Source of the DNA: Haliotis rufescens
Lineage: Eukaryota
Assembly (NCBI RefSeq): GCF_023055435.1
Contig: NW_025964223.1
Span: forward strand, 42,098,001 to 42,162,000
Direction: 5' to 3'
DNA: 64,000 nt
In this document: in pieces, positions 12,101-23,978 of the stretch
How positions within the stretch are numbered: the stretch's first letter is position 1
Layout: each line of letters starts with the position of its first letter
The notes under the pieces: model-generated
Seen by the model: only the letters and a program-made list of their open reading frames with translations
What the model was told of the DNA's origin: nothing
Databases searched by the model: none
Program-made: the position numbers and the translations under genes

Positions 12101-15100
12101 TAAGAGGCGACTAACGAGATCGGGTGGTCAGGCTCGCTGACCTGGTTGATGCATGTCATCGTATCCCAATTGCATAGATTATGTCCATGATATCAATCAC
12201 AGGATTGTTTGGTCCAGACTCGATTATATACAACCGCCGTCATATAGCTGGTATATTGCTGAGTTTGGCTTAAACAACAAACAAACAAACTCTAACTGCA
12301 TGCCCTCAAGACCAGCACGTTTTGTTTCCAGGGAGAATGTCCTGGACATGACAGCCTGCCTGCTTGCATGTGGTATAGACCCAGGGAAAAGCATCCTCTT
12401 TCAGCAATCTGCAGTAAGTGTTACCAGTATTATCACACAATAAGATTGTCATAAGTCTCATGATGAAGAAGATTAGGAGACATGCCAGAAAATATACCAG
12501 GCAAGCCTTCAACATGTTCAAGATTAAATATATCAATTGTCGGTGGCGGATCCAGAGGTGGGTTCTGGGAGAGGCAACACCTGCCCCACCTTTTTTTTTT
12601 ACGTTTTGTATGCACATTTCCTACTATTTAAGATGTTTATGTGATCATTAATGTAAACTTATCAGTGTTTGAAATAATTTTAAAACCCACCAAGACAGTC
12701 AGACATGTGGCCCATAAATGTTGCCTGCCCATCTTCAAGTTACCTGCCCGTATTCAGACATTATAAATATTGAAAAATCATGAAAATTAAGAGACAATTC
12801 TTGTCCATGTTCAGTTGAAATTATGCAAACAATTACTTGAGAATCTACGAGGAGTTATAATAAAGCTGAATACATAAGTAGTCTTAAAATTATCTGCCAG
12901 ACAGTCGGGCAGGTGGAAGACAACTTCATGCAGCCCGACTGAAAAGTTACCAGCCACGGTTAGGCGGGCCGGCAGCTTCAGACATTATGAAATATTAACA
13001 AGTGGCCCAAGTAAAACACTCTAATTTTAAGAATCTTGGATCCACCCCTGCATTGTTGTCCATGGTGACTTAAATTATGATATGACTCCCATGTGCATAG
13101 ACATTTAGCAAGTTATGGTAGATTGAAACAGTGAGTGAGTTTGGTTTGATGCTACTTTGATCAGCATATTAAGTTAAATGTTGGTTTGTCAGCTTGATGT
13201 GGGAAGAAAACTCAACGTAAGTCAGATTTTAGACATTTTTACCAAGAAAAATAATCAGGGGAGGAATTCAAAACCATGAGTGTTGGTTTCTGTTAAGCCT
13301 AAGGGACACAACTCTGCACAACACTGATTGGGCTTAGTGTAAGACAGATTTACTTCCGTAAGGTGAGGTCGACCTCCTGAACATAATGTATGTGGGGCCT
13401 GTGTTAGAAAACTATAGGTGTAGTCGTGGTAATTGCCTGGGTGGCATTGATCTTTGCTCATGATTTCAGTCACTGGTTTATCTTGTCCAGACATTGAGAG
13501 GCCACCATCATGTAGCAATAATATTGCAGGCTCTAGGGTATAACAACATTCAGACCCTCACTAAGTGTGTCACGATGACCCTGTGTTTTTTTCACCGGTT
13601 AATCAACTCTGATGATGGACCAGTTGACTGAAGCAGACCAAAAATCCCTGTAATTCACACATCCAAAAGCATGATATGAGGGAATATCATTATTGTGCTG
13701 TTAGTAAATTGAACATCACTGTCTGTAGCCATGGCAACTCCTCAGGGGACTTATTGGGGAATATTAAGAGCTGTGCAAAATGAGTCCACCCGTGCCAAAC
13801 TTGACTGGAATTTCAGAATTATATTTTGTCTGGCCCAGCAAGTGCATCATCCAATTAAAATCGTGTAACTAAATTGATATCCGGTTCGTAAACATGGCTA
13901 CTGACGAGCAGATTTTGGTCGATTTTCAAGATTTCCAAATCTTTTCATGTTCTTTTTAACGTGCTCAAATGATTTGATACACTTCGCGAGACTAGATCTA
14001 TTTTATTACAAGAAAAATCTTGATTATTGATGAGATTGTCTTGCCTGGGCACCACTATTCTGATTAAATCAAATGCAAGGGATATGAGAGGTGGAATCTG
14101 ATTTGTCAGTAGGAGGGATATAGAAGGGACATAACTCAAGCCCTACTCACTCACAATCTCTCTATAAAGTGTACTTGTATATGTTAATCAGGTGTCCCAG
14201 CATGCAGAGCTGAACTGGATATTGAGCAGCCTGTGTACTCTACCTCGACTCAATCATCTGCCCCAGTGGAGGGTAAGTGTCGTCACATTCTCGTCATAGA
14301 TGGTCGGCTCAGAGTCTGTATAATGTGTCTGAGTGGACCATCCATATTAAACTATGTCATGGTATTTCAGTGGACTTACACTTTAAAACTGGCATATGTC
14401 TGGACTAATACAAGCAGCCACACACACACCTGCATGCACATTGCTGTACATGGTAAATAGACCCGTGAAGATCCAGGGTAGAATACCGGTAGGTCTTCAG
14501 CAACCCATGTTTGCCATAAGAGGCGACTATGCTTGTGGTATGAGGCGACTTACGGGATTGGGTAGTCAGGCTCGCTGGCTTGGTTGATGCATGTCATCGA
14601 TCCCAATTGTGTGGATCGATGCTCATGTTGTCAATCACTGGATTGTCTGGTCCAGACTCGATTATTTACAGACCGCCGTCATATAGCTGAAATATTGCTG
14701 AGTGCGGCCTTAAACAACAAACAAACAACATGTTAAATAATTCTTAACGCTACATTTCACCTCACCTAACCCTGCCACACCCCACCTCACCCCACCCCAG
14801 ATTTTCATGCCGCCTTGGGGTATTCATGAGTGGGGTATTCATGTTAAAGGGCAGCATGGTATCTAAGTTGGCTAGCTCTATTCCAGACTAGTAGAGGCAG
14901 ACACACACATGCACACACATGCATGCACGTCGCTAACCCTGTTTCACCTCACATCACATTGATATTAATCTTTTTGTTTCAGGAGAAATCTGAAAGGCTG
15001 AAGGACCCCAGTGTTGGTCTGTTCACCTACCCTATCCTCCAGACAGCTGACATCATCCTGTACAAGTAGGTTCTCTCCACTGAATCAAATCACATGGATG

Positions 15101-18100
15101 TAACTGCATTCATTAAAGCAAGGGGCAGTCGGGTAGCCTTGTGGTTGAAGCGTTTGCTCGTCACGCAGAAGGCCCAGGTTCAATTCCTCACATAGGTACA
15201 ATGTGTGAAGCCCATTTCTGGTGTCCCCCCACTGTGATTTTCCTGGAATATTGCTAAAATCGACGTAAATTCTTATCCACTAACTCACTCATTAATGCAA
15301 GGTAGCACACATGCCCCAGTGGCACTGCAGCCTGCTGCAAAGCAAAACAGCTTGACCCGTGCTGGTTTTCTACAAATCTCATTAAATTCAGATGTTTTCC
15401 TCCATGTACTCCGATATGGTATCTCTGTCTGTTAAGACCATTTTGTTCAGAACTTTTCTTTTCTTTCCCGAGATCCCCAAAGGGCTGATATGGGGGCCTC
15501 GGGGTGATATGGGGTATGATATGAAACGGTCATCTAATGACCTCTAAATATCATTACCTTGGGAAAATAGAATGCTGCTCATGCTATCACCCACTGGTTT
15601 CACTGGTTTATTTGAAGGCTGTAATGACATACATTGAATATTGTTGCCTGCAGTATGTAGCATTCAAATTGTCTATGAATCAGATACATACAAGACCCGT
15701 GAAGATCCGGGGAAGAATAGGTCTTCAGCAACCCATGCTTGTCGTAAAAGGCGACTCTGCTTGTCGTAAAATGGCGACTAACAGGATCGGGTGGTCAGAC
15801 TTGCTGACTTGGTTTATGCATGTCATGGGTCCCAATTGCGCAATCACTGTATTGTCTGGTCCAGGCTCGATTATTTACAGACCGCCGTCATATAGCTGTA
15901 ATATTGCTGAATGCGTATCAAGCTACGTAATTGGGAAATGGTGACATGCATCAACCATGACGTCACACAGCATAACCATTAGATCTATATTCTTTCCTGG
16001 AAATCCCATGGGTAAGTGGTGCATTGATGAATAGTTGCAGGTTGAACACAACCAAATGTTTTCCATAGACTTCTATAGAAACGTTATATCTTGAAAAAAA
16101 TTAACTAAGCATTCACCAGCTATTACATGTACATGTGTGCACAGTCTGACCTTAACACAGCATAGTTGCCTTTAACAGCAAGCATGGGTTCAGCAACCCA
16201 TGCTTGCCGTAAGAGGCGACTATGCTTGTCGTAAAAGAATACTAAAGGGATCGGGTGGTCAGACCCGCTGACTTGGTTGATGCATGGCATCGATCCCAAT
16301 TGCGTGGATCGATGCTCATGATATCAATCACTGGATTGTCTGGTCCAGACTCGATTATTTACAGACCGCCGTCATATACTTGTAATATTGCTGAGTGCGG
16401 CGTTAAACAACAAACCAACAAACCAACCTTAGCACAGCAATAAAAAGAAAGTATCTGACTGGCTTAATCCTTTTTCAGAGTACACAAAACACATCACCCC
16501 ACATCCGCACCAAATGTCACTTGCTTGAAAATATCCGTAGTCACATTCAGCATAAGACATCATTAAAAAAAGAAAAACACAGTCTTTTTAAATCACTGGA
16601 TCGATGTACATTTAAAAACATATAAATCTTACACAAAATCCTCCAATCACATGTGAAGGCTCGCTACAAAAACTGTTGGTCGGAAGCTGATTCTGATTTG
16701 GTGTAGAACTTGTGCAGCCTTTGTGTCGTCGAGTCCTACAGAACATCAGTAACTTGCATTTTGTCAAAACAAATCAGAAACAGAATGAAGTCGTTATTTG
16801 GAGCATGTCACCTTGAAAAAATCTAATGACTCTACTTAGTATCCATCACTTATTTGTCTGTCGAATGTTTTGCTTGCCAGGGCGACGGACGTGCCCGTAG
16901 GAGATGACCAGATACATCACATCGAGCTGGCCAGAGATCTCGCCAAGGCTTTCAATAGAACATTCCAGGTCATATTTCCTAGACCTGAAGTTCTTTCAAG
17001 TAAGATGTTTTTCATGAATCGTATCTGTATCAGATTCTGTCTTGGATTGGCCACATTAATAGGATCACTGTCAGTGATGAATAATTACAAGTAAAACTGT
17101 AAAGGAATTTCATCTGACATACTCTGAATTCCCAAATCTCATGTAGAAAGACATTAACACCAGACTCATTGATGAAAGAAATAGGAATCATTATTTGTGT
17201 ACTGCAACATAATTTGATCTGAGTAAATGTAGAGTTGTGTCCCTTTGAAAAGTTCACTAAAGGATTGAAGTTATATTTGTTGACGTTCATCAGCTGATGA
17301 AGACAGTGCCTCACATGAGCAAATTCCATGATGTGTGAAGCATTATAAAAAATTATTTAAGTTTATCAAAGCTTTTCTAAAACCCAACCTAAAGGGATTC
17401 CGGATATTGGCCTCCAGTAAGCCAGTAAACTTTGTATTATACTTGGGTGGTCACACTCGGTGATTTGGTTGATTTCGATGGATTTAACACTGAGTGTAGA
17501 TTGAAATGTACCATTGCTTATGAAAGAAAGATGTTAATAAAATCCATTGATGCCTATATCATCAAAGCTATCATCTAATCTGTAAATACAGTGGGAACAT
17601 GTATCAACAAAATTTGATACTCTTATCAGTGAAAAAATGGAAATAACTTGATAGTGATTGGTACCTCATGAAATCATACTGTTTTTCCCTTCACGTTTGT
17701 AAGTGAATTGTATATGCTGCTGAATATTTCAGCTCCATCATGATGGCCTGTAGATTATTGAGTGTGGGCCAGCTGAATAATCAGCTTTTCGCAGGATGAA
17801 TCAGCCAGGTCACACACTACCCAATCTTAATAAGTCAGGCTCGTGCAACAATCATGGGATAACATGGAATACCCACAGGGTAGATCATTGGATGAATTAT
17901 TCAGAAATTACAGTGACACCATCAGCCGGTCACACACCACTCTTGCAATAATCATGGGATAACATGGAATACCCACAGGGTAGATCGTTGGATGAATTAT
18001 TCAGAAATTACAATGACATGATCAGCTGGTCACACACCACTCTGGCAACAATCATGGGATAACATGAGATACCTACAGGGTAGGTTGTTGGATGAATTAT

Positions 18101-20027
18101 TCAGAAATTACAATGACATGATCAGCTGGTCACACACCACTCTTGCAACAATCATGGGATAACATGAGATACCTACAGGGTAGGTTGTTGGATGAATTAT
18201 TCAGAAATTACAATGACATGATCAGCTGGTCACACACCACTCTGGCAACAATCATGGGATAACATGGAATACCTACAGGGTAGGTTGTTGGATGAATTAT
18301 TCAGAAATTACAATGACATGATCAGCTGGTCACACACCACTCTGGCAACAATCATGGGATAACATGGAATACCTACAGGGTAGGTTGTTGGATGAATTAT
18401 TCAGAAATTACAATGACATGATCAGCTGGTCACACACCACTCTGGCAACAATCATGGGATAACATGGAATACCTACAGGGTAGGTTGTTGGATGAATTAT
18501 TCAGAAATTACAATGACATGATCAGCTGGTCACACACCACTCTTGCAACAATCGTGAGATAACATGGAATACCTGCAGGGTAGGTTGTTGGATGAATTAT
18601 TCAGAAATTACAATGACATGATCAGCTGGTCACACACCACTCTGGCAACAATCATGGGATAACATGGAATACCTACAGGGTAGGTTGTTGGATGAATTAT
18701 TCAGAAATTACAATGACATGATCAGCTGGTCACACACCACTCTGGCAACAATCATGGGATAACATGGAATACCTACAGGGTAGGTTGTTGGATGAATTAT
18801 TCAGAAATTACAATGACATGATCAGCTGGTCACACACCACTCTGGCAACAATCATGGGATAACATGGAATACCTACAGGGTAGGTTGTTGGATGAATTAT
18901 TCAGAAATTACAATGACATGATCAGCTGGTCACACACCACTCTGGCAACAATCATGGGATAACATGGGATACCTACAGGGTAGGTTGTTGGATGAATTAT
19001 TCAGAAATTACAATGACACAATCAGCTGGTCACACACCACTCTTGCAACAATCATGGGATAACATGGAATACCTACAGGGTAGGTTGTTGGATGAATTAT
19101 TCAGAAATTGCAATGACACGATCAGCCGGTAACATACCACTCTGGCAACAATCATGGGATAACATGGAATACCTACAGGGTAGGTTGTTGGATGAATTAT
19201 TCAGAAATTACAATGACACGATCAGCAGTCACACACCACTCTTGTAACAATCATGGGATAACATGGAATACCCACAGGGATGAATTGTTCAGAAATTACA
19301 ATGACACGATCAGCCGGTAACATACCACTCTTGCAACAATCATGGGATAACATGGAATACCCACAGGGTAGATCATTGGATGAATTGTTCAGAAATTACA
19401 ATGACACGATCAGCCGGTCACACACCACTCTTGCAACAATCATGGGATAACATGGAATAACTACAGGGATGAACTGATCAGAAATTACAATTCCTTGAAA
19501 TGTATGGAGACTGGTACAACTTCGTCCTCAAACACAGCATGATTGTAAATGTTTCATTCTTTGTTATCTTCTCTTCAGGTGATGCACCAAGGATCAAAAG
19601 TTTGAGAAATCCAGAAAACAAAATGAGTAAATCAGAACCAAATGCAAAAGGTCGCATCGACCTGACAGACAGTCCCGATGAGATCCGAGAGAAGATAAAG
19701 AAGGCAGTCACTGACTTTACAGCAGTGTTGTCCTATGAGCCCGAGGAAAGGCCAGGTGTGTCTAATCTGATTGACGTCCACTCCTCGCTCACTGGCCTGG
19801 TGCAGGAGGAGATATGCGAGGAGAACATGTTGTTGAGTAAAAGTGACTATAAAGCCAAGTTGGCTGACATTGTCATTGAACAGTTGGCTCCAATTAGAGA
19901 GAATGTGCTGAAACTAAAGGGAGATAAGTCTCACCTGGAACAAGTGTTGAAAAGTGGGAATGAGAGAGCCAGGGAAATAGCGGAAGAAACTATGAAGGAA
20001 GTGAAGAAGGCTGTAGGGTTGTCATGA
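9007..20027 (+). CDS. WARS2: Tryptophanyl-tRNA synthetase, mitochondrial, 370 aa; join(9007..9117,10989..11176,12332..12413,14192..14272,14983..15065,16881..16999,19579..20027)
   Basis: Bacterial-type TrpRS motifs: [17 protein letters not shown] (HIGH-like), [65 protein letters not shown]. The N-terminus MAAPLTRH... has an acid-poor, presequence-like composition. All six introns are GT-AG with consistent phases; total 1113 nt. Confidence 0.96.
9979..10125 (-). mobile_element. tRNA(Asp)-like SINE family C
   Basis: Tail AATATTGCTAAAAGCGGCGTAAAACCATACTCACTCAC; body GGGTACAATGTGTGAAGCCCATTTCTGGTGTCCCC. Confidence 0.8.
10309..10688. mobile_element. hAT-type MITE with 8-bp TSD (WARS2 intron 1)
   Basis: TSD TTGGGTAT at 10301-10308 and 10689-10696; ends TAGTAGTGGGACGATA / TATCGTCCCAGCCCTA. 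Confidence 0.75.
10989..11176 (+). CDS. WARS2: WARS2 exon 2 (HIGN motif)
   Basis: [37 protein letters not shown]...[14 protein letters not shown]. Confidence 0.95.
11218..11478 (+). mobile_element. Short retroposon family B (no tRNA head)
   Basis: GACCCGTGAAGATCCGGGGTAGAATAGGTC start; tail AATATTGCTGAGTGCGGCGTTAAACAACAAAC; degenerate TSD TGTCATGT.TATAG. Confidence 0.88.
12030..12290 (+). mobile_element. Retroposon family B
   Basis: Matches family B consensus. Confidence 0.8.
12332..12413 (+). CDS. WARS2: WARS2 exon 3
   Basis: [27 protein letters not shown]; flanked by TTTCCAG and GTAAGT. Confidence 0.95.
12541..13050. mobile_element. MITE with GGCGGATCCA-type ends (WARS2 intron 3), probably with a nested insertion
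   Basis: CGGTGGCGGATCCAG ... TGGATCCACCCCTG inverted ends. Confidence 0.5.
14192..14272 (+). CDS. WARS2: WARS2 exon 4
   Basis: [27 protein letters not shown]; flanked by ATCAG and GTAAGT. Confidence 0.93.
14460..14729 (+). mobile_element. Retroposon family B
   Basis: Full length; TSD ACATG.TAAATA. Confidence 0.88.
14983..15065 (+). CDS. WARS2: WARS2 exon 5
   Basis: [28 protein letters not shown]; flanked by TTTCAG and GTAGGT. Confidence 0.95.
15122..15290 (+). mobile_element. SINE family C
   Basis: GGGTAGCCTTGTGGTT A box, GGTTCAATTCC B box. Confidence 0.82.
15694..15917 (+). mobile_element. Retroposon family B
   Basis: Matches consensus, with an internal deletion. Confidence 0.82.
16189..16426 (+). 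mobile_element. Retroposon family B, 5'-truncated
   Basis: Matches consensus. Confidence 0.82.
16881..16999 (+). CDS. WARS2: WARS2 exon 6
   Basis: [39 protein letters not shown]. Confidence 0.95.
17800..19490. repeat. Intronic tandem repeat, 100-bp unit, about 16-17 copies (WARS2 intron 6)
   Basis: Unit ATCAGCTGGTCACACACCACTCTGGCAACAATCATGGGATAACATGGAATACCTACAGGGTAGGTTGTTGGATGAATTATTCAGAAATTACAATGACATG repeated head-to-tail; central copies near-identical, edge copies diverged. Confidence 0.97.
19579..20027 (+). CDS. WARS2: WARS2 exon 7 (KMSKS motif and anticodon-binding domain)
   Basis: [21 protein letters not shown]...VKKAVGLS*. Confidence 0.96.
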
Positions 20028-21091
20028 CAACAGCTAGCTCAGCTGTAATTACGGAACACTAACAAAGGACCAGTCTTAGTCATATTTGAGTGTTGTTCAA
20101 GAAAATACGCAATTGTATTGTATACATCATTCTATCATGAATTTGGAAATTACACAGTTTGTATTAGTCATTCAGGGGTTATCAAATCACAATAAACCCC
20201 CTCTGATTGAAACAGCCAATTTATTGACCGCATCACCATGGAAACTGATATTTAATGAACAGAACTTCTGTTTCAATCATAACCAGTAGGCATTTCAAAA
20301 TAATTATGTGTATAGTTATAGATTACTAAATGCAAAGTTGCAGTTACTTCAATATTCAAAGTGTGCATGGCAATAGTTGAAGAACATGTTGTATATGCCT
20401 ATGTCAGTTTGAGTGGATGCTTTTATGAAACTGGAAGAATGGACAAAAACTACTGAAAACCATAACAAAAATGGAACATCGAGGTGATGGTATCAGCTAC
20501 CCAAAACACACCGCTGAATGCAATCAGTGGTTGCACATGCAATACATTACAAGTAACAATCAGTGTGTTATATTATAAAATAGTTAATTTCAGATGCAAC
20601 TTAATTGCACTCTTGAAAATTGAAAATGCGATTTTTTTAGAAATATTTCTGTGTGACCCCTAAATAATGACACAGTGTAACTGAATTTTACCTTCGTGCT
20701 GTTTCTCTTGATCATTTTCAGTCTGGAATTAATGTATTCTACAAAGTTGATATGTTGCCATTGAGTGATTTTGGGAACTTTATTTTTTGCTTGGTTGATC
20801 TGGATTTTGTAGAAGAACATTAAGCTGTATAATCATGATAATAACCCAAAACTGTGACTGCCATATTTGACTCTGAGCTTAGGTTTCTCAACTTTTGATA
20901 GGATATTCTATCTGAGTGTCTAGCCTGGGGACATGGATTGAGATAAATATGTTTTTTATATTGCCTTGGAGCTCAGACAACTTGAGTTTAAGAGATTCAA
21001 ATAAAAATAAACACAAATATTAAATTCTCTTAGTTGTTATTCTTTTCAATACTTTTCTGAAATATTTAATTTAATCATCCAGTGGAAGGTA

Positions 21092-22471
21092 TTAGTTCAG
21101 GAAATGCAGCAATGTGTGACCTCCTCCGCTTTCAACCATTGGTTTATCTATTCCTCCTTTGCTATCAACCAGTAGTTTATCTGACCCTCCTTCGCTATCA
21201 ACCAGTAGTTCATCAGGCCCTTCTTTGTCATCACCCAGTTGTTTATCTGGTCCTCCTTTGCCATCAACCATTAGTTTATCTGGCCTTCCTTTGTCATCAA
21301 CTAGTTGTTTATCTGGCCCTTCTTTGTCATCAACCAGTTGTTTATCTGACCCTCCTTTGTCATCATCCAGTTGTTTATCTGGTCCTTTGTCATCAACCAT
21401 TAGTTTATCTGGCCTTCCTTTGTCATCAACTGGTTGTTTATCTGGCCCTTCTTTGTCATCAACCAGTCGTTTATCTGACCTTTCTTTGTCATCACCCAGT
21501 TGTTTATCTGACCCTCCTTCGCTATTAACCAGTAGTTTATCTGGCCCTCCTTTGTCATCAACCAGTAGTTTATCTGACCCTCCTTCACTATCAACCAGTT
21601 GTTTATCTGGCCCTTTTTTGACATCAACCAGTAGTTTATCTGGCCCTCCTTTGTCACCAACCAGTTGTTTATCTGGCCCTCCTTTGTCATCAACCCGTAG
21701 TTTATCTGACCCTCCTTCTCTATCAACCAGTTGTTTATCTGGCTCTTCTTTGTGATTAACCAGGAGTTCATCTTGCCCTCCTTTGTCATCAACCAGTTGT
21801 TTATCTGACCCTTCTTTGTCATCAACCAGTTGTTTATCTGACCTTTCTTTGTCATAACCCAGTTGTTTATCTGACCCTCCTTCGCTATCAACCAGTAGTT
21901 TATCTGGCCCTCCTTTGTCACCAACCTGTAGTTTATCTGACCCTCCTTCGCTATCAACCAGTAGTTCATCTGGCCCTTCTTTGTCATCAACCAGTTGTTT
22001 ATCTGACCCTTCTTTGTCATCAACCAGTAGTTTATCTGGCCCTCCTTTGTCACCAACCTGTAGTTTATCTGACCCTCCTTCGCTATCAACCAGTAGTTCA
22101 TCTGGCCCTTCTTTGTCATCAACCAGTTGTTTATCTGGCTCTTCTTTGTCATTAACCAGGAGTTCATCTGGCCCTCCTTTGTCATCAACCAGTTGTTTAT
22201 CTGGCCCTTCTTTGTCATCAACCTGTAGTTTATCTGACCCTCCTTCGCTATCAACCAGTAGTTCATCTGACCCTTCTTTGTCATCAACCAGTTGTTTATC
22301 TGGCCCTTCTTTGTCATCAACCTGTAGTTCATCTGACCCTCCTTCGCTATCAACCAGTAGTTTATCTGGTCCTTCTTTGTCATCAACCAGTTGTTTATCT
22401 GGTCCTTCTTTGTCATTAACGAGGTTTATATGGTTTATCGAGATAGTACCAGCATATGCTAAAAACATCAT
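21092..22471 (-). other. 459-aa repetitive ORF (DDKEGPDKQLV)n through the 33-bp minisatellite; coding status unproven
   Basis: ATG-to-TAA open frame across the whole array, but several other frames are also open, so this may be a by-product of the repeat. Confidence 0.3.
21130..22430. repeat. 33-bp minisatellite, about 39 copies
   Basis: Unit approximately CTTTGTCATCAACCAGTTGTTTATCTGGCCCTT, with a few recurring variants. Confidence 0.95.
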
Positions 22472-23978
22472 CTTTGGTCATAAGTGTGTTGAAAGAGGTT
22501 CTCTTGGAGTTGAACATTTTAGCCAATTTTATGATAATTTTTGTACGGTATATGCAAACCTTTCCTTGATTGTATAATTTCAGATTTCCAGCGATCTGTA
22601 AAGGGCCCTTATCGTACCTCTTCCTTTACTGATTGTGTGTTGAAGGGTTAGTCCATCCAATAGATTGATGTGGATGTTAAAAGTACTACAGGGTTTTCTA
22701 GTTCAAGTGTGTTCGGATGTACAAAATGAGTGCTGAATATGGATAATTCCTCAGATTTGGCTGATGAAGATGTTTCCTTTCGCCTCACGGCATATATCAA
22801 TGTTCACACTGTTGATCACTCGCTTGGCAGCGCTCTGTAGACCACGTAAGTAGAAAATACGCTGACTGCAGGATTAACTTCAAACAAGCACCACTCCCGT
22901 TCCTTATTTTTTTTAAACAAATCTTTTTCACGAAAGTATCTACTTCTACACAATTATGCTAAAGATCTAAGGAAGTGTTGAATGCTAGACTTATCAAAAG
23001 TACCCTTTACAGCGAGATAATTACATTTACGACTTTTAACTTCCCTGTACTGAAAGCCAATGCATGTACATCGGCAAGTTCATAAATCAAACTTGAACCG
23101 TTTCATGTTTTAAAGTGTGTTTTTACATAATATTACATTTCACAGACACTTCAACCGACAACACTCCAATTGCTTTACCAACCCGCACGAAGTTTGACTA
23201 GAAAGATATTTACTTACTCTGTGTCAACAAGAACCTTTCATTTTGCCGAGATGGGGATTATGTTTCAAGTTAAAGTAAGTTGACAAAGCATTTAGGGACT
23301 AAGTACATTTAAGGAGAACCAAATACTCAAGAAAAAATAGAGGCTTTATTTTGATATATTGTTCTCGTACTTTACACGAGTGCATGTGGTTATCTTTCTG
23401 CCCTGCTTTGAGAAAGTGACCTGACTAATCGCTGCCTAAACAATATGACACAAGGCGAACAAGAATACGTGAAACTTAAAACCATTCAGAAATTCACAAG
23501 CTGATTCTATATTCGCCCTAAGCTATTCAAACACGGCGTTCACCAATTATCAGAAGTACAATCTTGACCACTTGCTTCTACAGGACTTGTTTAACTGATC
23601 GGTACGATTGCGTAAAGCATGTTGTGTACACTGATCCGACAGGGTTTTCTTTAGAATTATAAACGTATTTATCGAATGCTGTCGTACCCTGTGTATAGTC
23701 AGACGCAAGACGGTTAAGTGAATTTTTTAAAAAGGGACTGTCGGTCATGTTCAGAGTACAGGATCATATATTCTCCATGTTCCAATTGTACACCTGTGTG
23801 CTTGTGTTTGGGATTTCTTCCCACGGCGTTTTCGACATTTAGGTCGAAAAGACATACAGTCTACGTTTACGTGATCGGAATATGATATTAGATCTCCAAA
23901 TCATCGAAAGACTATGTCTAGCTGCCGTCAGACTGTAATTGATTTGTGAAGAGAGCAACAATTAGCATCAGGGACGCA

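Noticed and set aside
11314-16443. Recurrent short ORFs containing [31 protein letters not shown]
   Set aside because: Translations of retroposon family B copies, not a protein family.
17800-19490. CRISPR-like array
   Set aside because: Units are contiguous near-identical 100-mers with no unique spacers; the array lies in a eukaryotic intron and there are no cas genes.
21082-22577. Alternative-frame ORFs (Ser/Leu-rich, Leu/Cys/His-rich and MTKK repeats)
   Set aside because: By-products of a 33-bp unit that lacks stops in several frames.
23946-23978. GTG/TTG starts in the ORF track (23946, 29128, 53016)
   Set aside because: Eukaryotic locus; the first in-frame ATG or the splice acceptor was used instead.
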